A stretch of DNA of 64,000 bases, taken from contig CAVWEH010000005.1 of the NCBI GenBank assembly GCA_963753975.1, forward strand, positions 64,001 to 128,000, in the 5' to 3' direction. The position numbers and the translations under genes were made by a program. The notes under the pieces were generated by a model. It did not search any database, was not told where the DNA came from, and was given only the letters and a program-made list of their open reading frames with translations. This document shows positions 49,677-60,671 of this stretch, one piece after another (the stretch's first letter is position 1; each line of letters starts with the position of its first letter). The stretch is from an uncultured delta proteobacterium (GTDB lineage: Bacteria; Desulfobacterota; Syntrophia; Syntrophales; Smithellaceae).

Positions 49677-51524
49677 CTATTCCGCCCCGATGGATGCGGC
49701 GATTTCCGGCATACCCAGATTCTCCAATCTCTTTTTTGACGGTTTGCCGGTAATTTTGTTCCAGTCTCTGACGGCATAGTACTCCGGAAGCATCTTTTCC
49801 ATGTTCGGTACATGGCCTTCCTGCCCGCCGTCGGGAATCGGCCTCATGGCCAGTTCCGGTATCACGTCATCTTTCGAAGTAATTCCGAGCTTGCAGGACA
49901 GCGCTCTCTGCAGCTGGAAGGTGCGCTCTCCGGCCTTTAATAACTCATCCATGGTCGTATTCCAGCCCGTGGAAGCATTAATCATGTCGATAAGTAAATT
50001 GAACGGTATTATGGCAAAGTGACAAATTCCCAGTGAATCGGTTAAAGTTCGGAAATTCTGGCCTTTGGCGACACCGGCAGCTTTATCATCGGCCCAGCGG
50101 TCGGTTATTTCGATTTCCACATCTGGATGGCCTGTCCCACTGTCCACCTGATAGGCGTCATTCTTATTATGATCAGCGCCGCGCGGAGCCGTTGCATAAA
50201 CAAGGCCCATCGAATGATAAGCCCGCGGATCGTGCATGGGAAATTCCAATCCCTTGCATTGGACGGCTTCTCCCGGCGGCCGGCCGTACTTTTGCGCCAT
50301 CTTCTTTGTTCCGGAGACGAGCACTGCGCCGAAGCCCTGGTTTTTAGCAATCAGATGCGCAAGCTCAATTGCCGCATCGGTATTACCCCATGTTAGTTTC
50401 AATCCGCCGGTATCTTTCTCCGAAATTACTCCGAGGCTATAGAGATAAAACGCATAGCCGACACTGGCGCCGCTGCTTATCGTGTCGAATCCATAAGCGT
50501 TGCATAATTCGTTAAAATATACTGCCATCGACATATCCAGATCCAATCCCATCATCGCGCCCCAGGCTATCAAGGTTTCATATTCCGGCCCTTCGACCCT
50601 GTCATACAGGTGCTTCCCTTCTTTGATCTGGAGAATCTTGCGGCAGCGTATCGGGCAGCCGTAACAGGCGGTGCTGTCCGTTTGATATTTTTCCAACTGT
50701 TCAGCGCCGCTTATTCTTGTCGATTCCGGCAAAGTGGGGGCGGTGTAGTATTTGGTAGGACCGTCGCCGTAGGAAATGGCCGAATCAATCCATCCGGCCG
50801 TACCGGTCTGGTGCATGATCATCGATAAAAAACCTTCTTTGACTTCAGTCATCGCGCGGCGCGAGACCTCGCGGAATTTCTCCGGATCAGCCATCGGCAG
50901 TTTCATCTTGCCGCGTACCGCGATCGCCTTAACCTTCTTGGAGCCCATAACACAGCCCAATCCGGCTCGGCCGAGGCAGTGTCCATATTCGGTCATGATA
51001 TTGCCGTAGGGGACAAGATTCTCGGAAGCGGGACCGATGCAGGCAACCTGCACACGATTATCGTTATATTCTTTTTTGATTTCTTCCTGAGTTTTGTAGG
51101 TATCTTTCCCCCACAAGTGGCTAGCGTCTTTAATTTCTGCTTTGCCGTCTTTGATATAAATATATACGGGTTTGGCGGAGATGCCTTTAAGGATTATGCC
51201 GTCGTAACCGGCATTCTTGAACTCCGCGCCGAACCAGGCTCCGGCATTGGCGTCGCCGTAATGCCCCGTGTAGGGGGACTTAGTAGCGCCGCCCCAGCGG
51301 CTGACACTGGGCCCGCTGGTGCCGTTCAAGAGACCAGGCATAAGGATAAGGGGATTATCCGGACCCAGCGGATCGGTTTTATCATCAACCATGTTGTAGA
51401 GGTAACGCGCGGCGAGCCCCGTGCTGCCGATAAAATCGCGTGCGTATTTTTCATTCAGGGGTTCATCCTGGAGTTTTCCCTGCGTAAGATCAGCAACTAA
51501 TATCTTACCATGATATCCATTCAT
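49677..51524 (-). CDS. aor: Aldehyde:ferredoxin oxidoreductase family protein
   Basis: KSPYTG, GRAGLGCVMGSK, CYGCPIRC, GPEYET, HDPR and RGADH motifs. Confidence 0.93.
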   Translation of the reverse strand: MNGYHGKILVADLTQGKLQDEPLNEKYARDFIGSTGLAARYLYNMVDDKTDPLGPDNPLILMPGLLNGTSGPSVSRWGGATKSPYTGHYGDANAGAWFGAEFKNAGYDGIILKGISAKPVYIYIKDGKAEIKDASHLWGKDTYKTQEEIKKEYNDNRVQVACIGPASENLVPYGNIMTEYGHCLGRAGLGCVMGSKKVKAIAVRGKMKLPMADPEKFREVSRRAMTEVKEGFLSMIMHQTGTAGWIDSAISYGDGPTKYYTAPTLPESTRISGAEQLEKYQTDSTACYGCPIRCRKILQIKEGKHLYDRVEGPEYETLIAWGAMMGLDLDMSMAVYFNELCNAYGFDTISSGASVGYAFYLYSLGVISEKDTGGLKLTWGNTDAAIELAHLIAKNQGFGAVLVSGTKKMAQKYGRPPGEAVQCKGLEFPMHDPRAYHSMGLVYATAPRGADHNKNDAYQVDSGTGHPDVEIEITDRWADDKAAGVAKGQNFRTLTDSLGICHFAIIPFNLLIDMINASTGWNTTMDELLKAGERTFQLQRALSCKLGITSKDDVIPELAMRPIPDGGQEGHVPNMEKMLPEYYAVRDWNKITGKPSKKRLENLGMPEIAASIGAE

Positions 51525-51553
51525 GATCTCCTCCTGTATGTTTCTTTGTTCGT

Positions 51554-52726
51554 TTAAAAATCGACGCTTTTGCCTGCATAAGCGTAATTAAATATTTTGC
51601 CCAGGTCTTCTCCTCCGGGAACGCGGGTCACAGTCATGGTCATGACCTCATTTAATGCTCTTTCTATGAGCGCCGGTATTTCTTTTTCATATCGGCCTTT
51701 ATCCACACCGCACTCCTTAACTGAAAGCGGCTGCCCTATTTCCTTAGCCAAGGCGCGCACTCTGGCAATAAGAGCCTTTACGCATTCCTTGTCGGAACCG
51801 GACGCCACACGGCAGTAGCGCGCTATCTCGGCATACTTGATTGTTGTTTCTTCGGAACCGTTCACCAGATATTCCATAGTATAGGGCAGAAAAAGTCCCA
51901 CAGCGCGTCCGTGAGGAACATGGAAAATTGCTCCGAGAGCGTGCCCGGTGCTATGCCCTAAGCCGGCCATGGAATTGCCGAAAGACATACCACCCATTGT
52001 GGCGGCATTCATCATTTCCGTGCGGGCTTCGAGGTCATTACCATTTTTATACGCTCGGGGCAAATAATCAAGAGCCAGCCTTGTGGCGATTAATCCCGGC
52101 CCGAGAGTCATACTGGTACCCCAGGCGGAGGTGTATCCCTCGATGGCATGGCAGATGACATCCATGCCGGTGTCCGCCGTAATTTGGGGAGGCATACCGG
52201 CAACCATAACGGGATCAAGTATAGCGACATCCGGCATGCATTCGGTAGTGCCCAATCCCAGTTTACGGTTATCCTTTGTGTCGGTGAGCACGATGGCCCA
52301 GGTAGCTTCCGAGCCCGTTCCGCTGGTTGTAGGAATGGCCATCAACCGGGCTTTTTCCCGGAAATTGAACTCTTCGAGTACTGATAGGGCCTCCGGCTCC
52401 AGTTCCGGCCGTGCCAAAAGCAGGATAATTGCTTTAGCGGCATCAATGCAAGAACCGCCGCCTATACCGATTACCCAATCGGGCTGATATTTTCCCACCG
52501 CTATTCCGCCCTTTTTGATAGTTTCGAGCGACGGCTCCGGTTCCACTTCATCAAATATTTGCCATTTAATGTTTTTGGCATCGAATCGATCGGTAATCGG
52601 TTTTATCAATCCCAGCTTGACAATGTTCTTATCGGTGACAAGGAAAGCTTTTTTACCCTTGATTTGCGCGAGATAATCGAGCGCGTTATCCCCATAGACA
52701 ATCAAGGGACAGGCAAAATTCCACAT
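51554..52726 (-). CDS. Iron-containing alcohol dehydrogenase
   Basis: GGGSCIDAAK, PTTSGTGSE, D..HAIE and H..GH..HG motifs. Confidence 0.93.
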   Translation of the reverse strand: MWNFACPLIVYGDNALDYLAQIKGKKAFLVTDKNIVKLGLIKPITDRFDAKNIKWQIFDEVEPEPSLETIKKGGIAVGKYQPDWVIGIGGGSCIDAAKAIILLLARPELEPEALSVLEEFNFREKARLMAIPTTSGTGSEATWAIVLTDTKDNRKLGLGTTECMPDVAILDPVMVAGMPPQITADTGMDVICHAIEGYTSAWGTSMTLGPGLIATRLALDYLPRAYKNGNDLEARTEMMNAATMGGMSFGNSMAGLGHSTGHALGAIFHVPHGRAVGLFLPYTMEYLVNGSEETTIKYAEIARYCRVASGSDKECVKALIARVRALAKEIGQPLSVKECGVDKGRYEKEIPALIERALNEVMTMTVTRVPGGEDLGKIFNYAYAGKSVDF

Positions 52727-52768
52727 ATATTAACCTCCATCTTTTTCTTGTTTTGGGTGGTTAAATCA

Positions 52769-53176
52769 TCAATCCAACCATTCGGTCGGAACCAGCATCG
52801 TGCAGTTGGTAAGCTCATTGGCGGCCTTGGTATAGCGCATAATTTTAGCCATGTCGCCCGTCAATTTGGATTGTTTAGTGATCAGCGCTTTTGTAGAATC
52901 AAGCTTCTTGGTGGCAATTTGCTTCCAAATATTATACGGAGCCGAAATAGTGAATGCGGGTTTGTATTTCTTAGGGTCGGTAACAATTTCACAAACCCGG
53001 CATTTGCCATGATAAAGATCTACATATGTGTAAGCTGTCTCCTTAAGCGGGCCGCCCGCTTCCCCAATGAAGTAAAAATCACCCTCCCAGGTTTTGGCCG
53101 CCTCCTCATATGCCGCACTTTTATTGATTTCCGCCTTGTAAAGATCACACCATTCCTGAGTATTATACTTAGCCAT
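52769..53176 (-). CDS. SCP2 sterol-binding domain protein
   Basis: WEGDF..DLYHGKC..LDSTKALITKQSKLTGDMAKIMR. Confidence 0.8.
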   Translation of the reverse strand: MAKYNTQEWCDLYKAEINKSAAYEEAAKTWEGDFYFIGEAGGPLKETAYTYVDLYHGKCRVCEIVTDPKKYKPAFTISAPYNIWKQIATKKLDSTKALITKQSKLTGDMAKIMRYTKAANELTNCTMLVPTEWLD

Positions 53177-53461
53177 AACGAAAACCTCCTTATTGTTTTT
53201 TTAGCGTTTTTTGTTAATCCGATAACTTAGTATTAATTGTCTTCTAAACCTATATCCAAATAATGCGTAGTTATATGCCGGGTAAAAATAACTGTCAACC
53301 ATTTATAATGTTTCACTGGAAAATACCGTTTTACATTAAACCATAACCGCAGAAAACTACTTTACGAGCTTCAGATCAGAAACAAAATATCGGAATGCAA
53401 TCAGTTTTCGGCTTTTCTAGTGAGGAGCACGGCTAATTTAGGAAATTTCATTCTTTAGGAT

Positions 53462-55243
53462 TTACGTAAGCCTTGACTGAAGAGCTTCGAATTGTTTTTT
53501 CAGCCTTGCCGGAAGACGATCCCCAAACTGGACAAAGTGCTTTTCGATATCCGGAATCTCCGCCCTCCAGGCATCCACATCGACTTTGAGCAAAGCTTTC
53601 ATATCTTGTTCAGAGATGGAAAGTCCCTTCATATCAAGGTCAGCAATCGCAGGCAGCAGACCAATGGGGGTTTTGACCGCGTCGACTTTCCCTTCTACTC
53701 GTTCGCACATCCATTTCAACACCCGGCTGTTTTCCCCAAATCCGGGCCAGAGCCATCGGCCTTCAGAAGTTTTACGGAACCAGTTTACATAAAAAATCCG
53801 GGGTGCCTTACTTTTAAGTTTGTCACCCATATCCAGCCAATGCTGAAAATAATCAGCCATATTGTATCCACAGAAAGGCTGCATGGCAAAGGGATCACGC
53901 CTTAAATTCCCCACCGCGCCAATATTGGCGGCTGTTGTTTCCGATGAAGCGGTGGCGCCGAGAAAAACACCGTGGTCAAAACTATAGGCCTCGTTGACCA
54001 GAGGAACAACACCCGCCCGACGTCCGCCAAACAGGAATATATCAATAGGAACACCTTCAGGTTTTTCCCAATCTTTGCAAATGATAGGACACTGAGAAGC
54101 AGGAGCCGTGAAGCGGGCGTTTGGATGCGCTGCTGCTTCCTCAATATCCGGAGACCAATCACGCCCTTTCCAGTCAATGGCATGCCGGGGAGGCGCGCCG
54201 TCCATGCCTTCCCACCAAATATCGCCATCATCAGTAAGAGCGCAGTTCGTAAAAATAATATTCTCTTTTAACGTATCCATAGCCATAGGATTAGATTTAT
54301 ACGATGTACCCGGCGCCACACCAAAAAATCCGGCTTCGGGATTGATTGCGTATAAACGGCCGTCAGGGCCGATCTTCATCCAGGAAATATCGTCGCCGAT
54401 ACATTCGCATTTCCAGCCGGGAATTGTCGGCCTCAACATGGCCAGGTTGGTCTTGCCGCACGCTGAAGGAAAGGCTCCCGCGATGTGATACTGTCTCCCT
54501 TCCGGGCTGGTAAGCCGGAGAATAAGCATATGCTCCGCCATCCAGCCTTCTCTTTTGGCCATAGCCGAAGCAATGCGCAGGGCCAGGCATTTCTTGCCGA
54601 GGAGAGCATTGCCGCCGTAACCCGAACCGTAAGACCAGATAAGATTTTCATCCGGAAAATGGCTTATATATTTTTTCTCCATTGGCGCACAAGGCCAGCT
54701 AACATCTTTCTGTCCCTTATTTAGCGGCGCACCTATCGAATGCAGGCAGGGAATGAATTCGCCGTCTTTTCCCAGTTTATCGAGAACTTTAGTTCCTACG
54801 CGGGTCATTATGTGCATATTACAGACAACATAAGGGCTATCTGTAATTTCTATGCCGATTTTGGCTATAGGTGATTTAATCGGTCCCATGGAAAAAGGAA
54901 TCACGTACATGGTGCGACCCTTCATACATCCTTTATAGAGAGCCTTCATCGTGGCCTTTAATTCAGTAGGATCTATCCAATTATTAGTGGGGCCTGCTTC
55001 CATCTTTTGCGGCGTACTGATATAGGTTCGTGCCTCCACTCTAGCCACGTCCGAGGGGTCCGAACGGAACAAAAAACTGTTTTTTCGTTTTTTAAGAGGG
55101 ATAGTACTGCCGCTTTTGACCATTATCGACATAAGCCGGTCATATTCCGCTCGAGAGCCGTCGCACCAATGCACTGTATCCGGCAGACACATTTCCGACA
55201 CTTCTTTAATCCACTTTTTCAGTTCTTCATTTTTTACAACCAT
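53462..55243 (-). CDS. pckG: Phosphoenolpyruvate carboxykinase (GTP)
   Basis: [27 protein letters not shown] and GDDI motifs. Confidence 0.97.
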   Translation of the reverse strand: MVVKNEELKKWIKEVSEMCLPDTVHWCDGSRAEYDRLMSIMVKSGSTIPLKKRKNSFLFRSDPSDVARVEARTYISTPQKMEAGPTNNWIDPTELKATMKALYKGCMKGRTMYVIPFSMGPIKSPIAKIGIEITDSPYVVCNMHIMTRVGTKVLDKLGKDGEFIPCLHSIGAPLNKGQKDVSWPCAPMEKKYISHFPDENLIWSYGSGYGGNALLGKKCLALRIASAMAKREGWMAEHMLILRLTSPEGRQYHIAGAFPSACGKTNLAMLRPTIPGWKCECIGDDISWMKIGPDGRLYAINPEAGFFGVAPGTSYKSNPMAMDTLKENIIFTNCALTDDGDIWWEGMDGAPPRHAIDWKGRDWSPDIEEAAAHPNARFTAPASQCPIICKDWEKPEGVPIDIFLFGGRRAGVVPLVNEAYSFDHGVFLGATASSETTAANIGAVGNLRRDPFAMQPFCGYNMADYFQHWLDMGDKLKSKAPRIFYVNWFRKTSEGRWLWPGFGENSRVLKWMCERVEGKVDAVKTPIGLLPAIADLDMKGLSISEQDMKALLKVDVDAWRAEIPDIEKHFVQFGDRLPARLKKQFEALQSRLT

Positions 55244-55316
55244 ATCCGTATAATCCCCTCATTCATAAAATTAATCCCGGCAATATATCGGGATAATAGT
55301 TCCCGATGTCGTGTAA

Positions 55317-58049
55317 CTATTTACGTTTCTTTTCTAATTTCTTCTTCTCCTCAATCACAGCCTGCGCGGCCGCCAGTCTTGCTATCGGTACTCGGTAGGG
55401 CGAACAACTCACGTAGTCCATGCCCACCCGGTGGCAAAACATAACGCTTATCGGCTCGCCGCCGTGCTCGCCGCAGATGCCGACTTTCAACCCCGGACGT
55501 GCCTTACGACCGCGTTCGATACCAAACTCCACGAGTTGACCCACGCCATCCTGATCGAGAACCTGAAATGGATCTACCGGAATAATCTTTTTTTCCACGT
55601 ATTCGGGCACAAAGGCTCCGACATCGTCACGACTGAAACCGTAGGTCATCTGCGTCAGATCGTTGGTACCGTAACTGAAAAACTCAGCTTCTTCCGCTAT
55701 GTCATAGGCAAGCAGCGCCGCGCGCGGAATCTCGATCATGGTGCCTACCAAGTGCGGTATTTTCTTGAGACCGTACTTGCCGCACACTTCGGGAAGAATA
55801 TTCTTAACCAGAGTTGCCTGATTTTTGAACTCGGCTACGTCGCAAACTACCGGAATCATGATTTCGGGCAGTGCTTTTTTGCCTTCCTTCAGAAGTTCCG
55901 CCGCACTTTCCAGAATAGCGCGGATTTGCATCTCACTAACTTCAGGATAAGTAATGCCGAGGCGCACACCGCGATGCCCCATCATCGGATTTGTTTCATG
56001 CAAATTTTCCGCCCGGCTGTTGAGTTTCTCAATAGAGATATGCAAGCTTTCGGCGAGGCGCTGACGCTCTTCGGGATTTCCCGGTACGAACTCATGCAAT
56101 GGCGGATCCAAAAGGCGAATGGTCACCGGCCGGCCGGCCATCACCTCCATGGTCTTCTTGATGTCGTTCTTGACAAAAGGAAACAGATCCTTTAATGCCG
56201 CCCGGCGTTCTTCAATGGTATCCGATAGAATCATTCTGCGCAGATGAAATAACGGCTGTTCGCTATTCTCTCCATAGAACATGTGTTCGGTGCGGAACAG
56301 GCCGATGCCCTCGGCACCGAATTGTATGGCTCTGGCGGCATCCTTTGGGGTATCAGCATTTGTGCGGATTTTGAGGCGGCGAATCTGATCGCAAATTTTC
56401 ATAAAGGCGACAAAATTTTTATCATCCTTTGTACCGCTGATCATAGCTAAGGCACCTTTGTACACGCGGCCTTTGGTTCCATTGAGAGTAATTATCTCAC
56501 CCTCCCGCACTATTTTTCCGTCAACCATCATTGTCTTCTGGTGCGGATCAATGCACAGAGCTCCAGCGCCGACTATACAGCACTTACCCCATCCCCGAGC
56601 CACCAGAGCTGCATGTGAGGTCATGCCGCCGCGCGCAGTGAGAATACCTTGCGCCGCGCGCATGCCTTCGACATCTTCAGGGTTAGTGTCCTCACGCACA
56701 AGAATAACTTTCTTACCAGCTTTGGCCCAGCCCACCGCATCTGCCGCCGTAAATACGGCCTGACCCACGGCCCCGCCGGGACTGGCAGGCAGGCCTTTGG
56801 CCAGAAATTCTCCCTTCATTTCCGCCTCCGGGTCAACCATGGGGTGGAGCAGTTCATCAAGCTGGGATGGAGTTACACGCATCACCGCATCGCTGGCGCT
56901 GATCATCTTACTTTTAAACATTTCGCCGGCCATGCGCACGGCAGCCGGTCCATTGCGCTTGCCGGTGCGCGTCTGCAGCATCCAAACGCGACCATTCTGA
57001 ACGGTGAACTCGAGATCCTGCATATCTTGGAAGTGGTTTTCGAGCTTCTGGCGGATCTTTTTGAGAAGTGCATAAGCTTTGGGCATGGCCTTCTCCAGGC
57101 TGGGGTGACCGTCAGTATCGTCTACCTGCCTCATTTCTTCGTTGATTGGATTCGGTGTACGAATGCCGGCAACAACGTCTTCGCCCTGCGCGTTCGGCAG
57201 CCACTCACCGTAGAATTTGTTTTCGCCTGTAGCGGGGTTACGGGTGAAGGCGACACCTGTAGCTGAGTTCTCACCCATGTTGCCGAACACCATTGCCTGT
57301 ACATTTACCGCCGTGCCCCAATCGTCAGGAATTCCTTCAATCCTGCGATAGGAAACAGCGCGTTTACCATTCCAGCTTTTAAAGACAGCGGAGATAGCGC
57401 CCCATAGTTGTTCGTAGGCATCATCGGGAAAGGGTTTGCCGATGACTTGCATTACCTTGGCCTTGTAAATTTTGGCAAGTTCCGCCAGATCATGTTCTGT
57501 AAGATCGACATCGTTCGTAACTCTGCGGCGCTGTTTCATAGCCGCCAGTTCCCGCTCTAACTGCTGGCGCACACTCATTCCTTCAGCTGGTTCAAGACCT
57601 TCGGCTTTTTCCATGACAACGTCCGAATACATTTGGATTAAGCGACGATATGAATCCCATACAAAGCGCGCGTTTTGGGTCTTTTTGATCATGCCGGGAA
57701 TGGTCTTTGAGGTAAGGCCGATGTTCAACACCGTCTCCATCATGCCGGGCATGCTTTTGCGCGCCCCGGAACGGGCCGAACACAACAGAGGATTCTGCGG
57801 ATCGCCGAACTTCACGCCGGCTTCCCGCTCCATTTTGTTTATGGCTTTATAAACCTGTTCTTTGAGGCCTTGCGGGTAGCGTCCCTTATGCTTATAGAAT
57901 GCGGTACAAACTTCCGTCGTTATAGTGAAACCCGGCGGGATAGGAATGCCGAGGTGAGTCATTTCGGCAAGGCCGGCACCCTTGCCCCCCAACAAATTCT
58001 TGTCTTTTCCGTGCCCTTCCGAGAAAGTATAAACAAATTTCGTTCCCAT
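55317..58049 (-). CDS. ppdK: Pyruvate, phosphate dikinase
   Basis: GGKGAGL, GGMTSHAA, GLFRTEHM and GICGEHGG motifs. Confidence 0.98.
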   Translation of the reverse strand: MGTKFVYTFSEGHGKDKNLLGGKGAGLAEMTHLGIPIPPGFTITTEVCTAFYKHKGRYPQGLKEQVYKAINKMEREAGVKFGDPQNPLLCSARSGARKSMPGMMETVLNIGLTSKTIPGMIKKTQNARFVWDSYRRLIQMYSDVVMEKAEGLEPAEGMSVRQQLERELAAMKQRRRVTNDVDLTEHDLAELAKIYKAKVMQVIGKPFPDDAYEQLWGAISAVFKSWNGKRAVSYRRIEGIPDDWGTAVNVQAMVFGNMGENSATGVAFTRNPATGENKFYGEWLPNAQGEDVVAGIRTPNPINEEMRQVDDTDGHPSLEKAMPKAYALLKKIRQKLENHFQDMQDLEFTVQNGRVWMLQTRTGKRNGPAAVRMAGEMFKSKMISASDAVMRVTPSQLDELLHPMVDPEAEMKGEFLAKGLPASPGGAVGQAVFTAADAVGWAKAGKKVILVREDTNPEDVEGMRAAQGILTARGGMTSHAALVARGWGKCCIVGAGALCIDPHQKTMMVDGKIVREGEIITLNGTKGRVYKGALAMISGTKDDKNFVAFMKICDQIRRLKIRTNADTPKDAARAIQFGAEGIGLFRTEHMFYGENSEQPLFHLRRMILSDTIEERRAALKDLFPFVKNDIKKTMEVMAGRPVTIRLLDPPLHEFVPGNPEERQRLAESLHISIEKLNSRAENLHETNPMMGHRGVRLGITYPEVSEMQIRAILESAAELLKEGKKALPEIMIPVVCDVAEFKNQATLVKNILPEVCGKYGLKKIPHLVGTMIEIPRAALLAYDIAEEAEFFSYGTNDLTQMTYGFSRDDVGAFVPEYVEKKIIPVDPFQVLDQDGVGQLVEFGIERGRKARPGLKVGICGEHGGEPISVMFCHRVGMDYVSCSPYRVPIARLAAAQAVIEEKKKLEKKRK

Positions 58050-58641
58050 TGCGTCCCTTTCTAACCTCCCCCAAATAATTTTATTTTATTAAAAGTATAA
58101 TATCGACATAAGACTGTCATCATTGTCAAGAAAAAAATACGTATTTTGATGATTTGCAAGCCAGCATTTTCCGGCGCTTTTTTCCAAAAATTCTTACTGC
58201 CGGCTTCGTTGATTTTTTCAATAAGTTTTGACATCTTGTTGTTTAATTTTCTTGACAAAGCGCCGGGCTTATTCATATACTCGTCCGCGAAAGAGCAAGC
58301 TTTTATCGGCATAATGAATGATTGTACAAGGGAGACATTGTCACTCATTATTCTCAATAAACATAGATCCCCGGTTTATTAATTCTGGTTTGGGGTTTAT
58401 TGTTAGGCTGGTGTGCCTGAAATTACAAAAAATGTTCTCTTGTTAGCCAGGGGAGAGTGTAAATTTGCCAATCGCCGGGAATACATTAACAAGGTGGCAA
58501 CTTTTCGGTCTTTTGCCGCAAAAAAGATTATGCCACTTGTCGGCGTACTTCAATCAACTTTTTTTTATTTACAGCGGGGATTCCGGTTTGATTACCGGCA
58601 ATCAAGTATTATAAAATAAATGTTTAGGGGAGGTAGATTTT

Positions 58642-60399
58642 ATGAAAGGTAAAGTATTTTTATTTATTGCTGTAATTATGATTATCGTCGGAGGAATAGC
58701 CGCCAACCTTGTGCAAAACGATTTTTACCAGGTTAAGGTTCGCGATGTTCGTTTCGTGGCGGCTGACGGTTCGATCATGAGCGCCCTTCTGTTCATTCCG
58801 AAAAATGCCACGCCGCAGACACCAGCGCCCGGCATTCTTACCGTTCATGGCTATATCAATTCGCGGGAGATTATGTCGGGATTTTCGATTGAATTCGCGC
58901 GCCGTGGCTGGGTTGTTCTGGAAATCGATCAGAGCGGGCACGGATATAGCGCCCCTCCGGCTTTCGCCAACGGTTACGGCGGTATACCCGGCCTGACCTA
59001 TCTCCGCAGCCTTGATTTCGTCGATAAGAACAAAATCGGCCTGGTGGGTCATTCCATGGGTGGATGGGCATGTCTCGCCGCAGCCATGGCTCGTCCCGAC
59101 GACTATAAGGCAATAGTTCTGGAAGGATCGTCCACTGGAGCGCCTTTCGCTCCGGAGGGAAGCACCACCTATCCCAAGAATATGGCTCTGGTAGAAAGCA
59201 CATTTGACGAGTTTTCCTTACTCATGTGGAGCGTACCGATAGCACGCAATGTTGTCAACAGTGATAAACTCAAAAAGGTATTCGGTGTAACCGAAACAAT
59301 CGAACCCGGCAAAATATACGGCTCCATCGAAAACGGAACGGCACGCGTTCTTTATCAACCGGTAACAACCCATCCGGGCGATACCGAGTCACCCACAGCG
59401 ATAGGTTATGCAATCTCCTGGTTACAGCAAACCCTGGGTGAGGAAAAAACTCTCGCTCCTTCCAATCAAATCTGGTTCTGGAAGGAAATCGCCACCCTTA
59501 TCGGCCTTATCGGTTGCATCCTGCTTGTGTTTGCAGCCGGCAATCTTCTGCTGCAAGCCGGATATTTCAGCTCCTTGCAAGGGACGCCGCAAAACCCGAA
59601 ACCCGCAACCGGAGTTGCGTGGTGGATCGCTGCCATTCTCATGATCATAATCGGACCTTTAACCTATTTCCCGGCAACGCTTATAGCCTATGGTAAGTTA
59701 AAGCAATCCTGGTTCTTCCCCCAGCAGATTACCAACGATATCTTGTTCTGGTTGCTCATAGCTGCGATCATTTCTCTTATCCTGTTTGTGATCTGGCACC
59801 TGCTGAACAAGAAAAAAGGCGGGAATGCGGTATCATACGGCCTCAAGGCTGCCAAGGGTTCTACCTGGAAAAAAATCGGACTTTCCGCCTGGTTTGCCTT
59901 CCTGGTTACGGCTGTAGCATATTTATCGGTTATGGTGATTTCTTATTTCTTTACCGTGGATTTCCGATTCTGGATTATGCCTATCAAACCCATGAGCGCA
60001 ACACAGTTTAAAATAGCACTGCGTTATGTAATTCCTCTGACTCTATTTTACCTGATGTTTGCAGTTGCTCTGCACGGGCAGTTGCGTTCTCCGACCGGTT
60101 CATTTAAAAAGAGAATGCTCATGAGTGCAATACTGGGATCACTGGGCTATCTCATAATGCTTGTGGTTATGTACATACCAATTTTAGCAGGAGGAGCGGC
60201 CCCCTTCATCAATACAATATACCAGACATTGTTCCTGATTGTAGCGGTGCAGTTGTTCCCGTTGTTCCTTATCGTCAGTCTCATATCGACCTATTTTTCC
60301 GAAAAAACGGGGTTAGTCTATGCCGGGGCGTTCGTAAACGCCTTCTTCATAACATGGTATATGGTGGCGGCACAGGCGACGCACATTGCTCTTTGCTAA
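58642..60399 (+). CDS. Alpha/beta hydrolase with a multi-TM C-terminal domain
   Basis: HGY and GHSMGG nucleophile elbow; about eight hydrophobic helices at the C-terminus. Confidence 0.85.
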   Translation: MKGKVFLFIAVIMIIVGGIAANLVQNDFYQVKVRDVRFVAADGSIMSALLFIPKNATPQTPAPGILTVHGYINSREIMSGFSIEFARRGWVVLEIDQSGHGYSAPPAFANGYGGIPGLTYLRSLDFVDKNKIGLVGHSMGGWACLAAAMARPDDYKAIVLEGSSTGAPFAPEGSTTYPKNMALVESTFDEFSLLMWSVPIARNVVNSDKLKKVFGVTETIEPGKIYGSIENGTARVLYQPVTTHPGDTESPTAIGYAISWLQQTLGEEKTLAPSNQIWFWKEIATLIGLIGCILLVFAAGNLLLQAGYFSSLQGTPQNPKPATGVAWWIAAILMIIIGPLTYFPATLIAYGKLKQSWFFPQQITNDILFWLLIAAIISLILFVIWHLLNKKKGGNAVSYGLKAAKGSTWKKIGLSAWFAFLVTAVAYLSVMVISYFFTVDFRFWIMPIKPMSATQFKIALRYVIPLTLFYLMFAVALHGQLRSPTGSFKKRMLMSAILGSLGYLIMLVVMYIPILAGGAAPFINTIYQTLFLIVAVQLFPLFLIVSLISTYFSEKTGLVYAGAFVNAFFITWYMVAAQATHIALC

Positions 60400-60423
60400 C
60401 AGTAAATCTTATTTCGTCAAATT

Positions 60424-60465
60424 AACTAGTCACCGGGTCACCAGGCCCGGTGACTAGTTCTTTTC
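60424..60465 (+). terminator. Intrinsic terminator
   Basis: AACTAGTCACCGGG..CCCGGTGACTAGTT-CTTTTC. Confidence 0.8.
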
Positions 60466-60671
60466 TGCAAATAGCCGACGACCCGGAATACCTCAAAACC
60501 TATCACTATAACAACTGAAAAAAAACAGTTGTGCCGAATGATCGGGCAATTTATGGTAATTGACTGGCGTAGAGTAAACTGTGATCTTGCCCCGGATTCG
60601 ATAGCATGATAAGCAAAACTTATGAATATTAATATTCATATTAATAACCAAAGAGATAAAACCCACTTCCC

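Noticed and set aside
58050..58641. ORFs 58061-58357, 58146-58382 and 58413-58619, or a riboswitch in the long divergent gap
   Set aside because: No protein motifs or recognisable riboswitch consensus; most likely a divergent promoter region.
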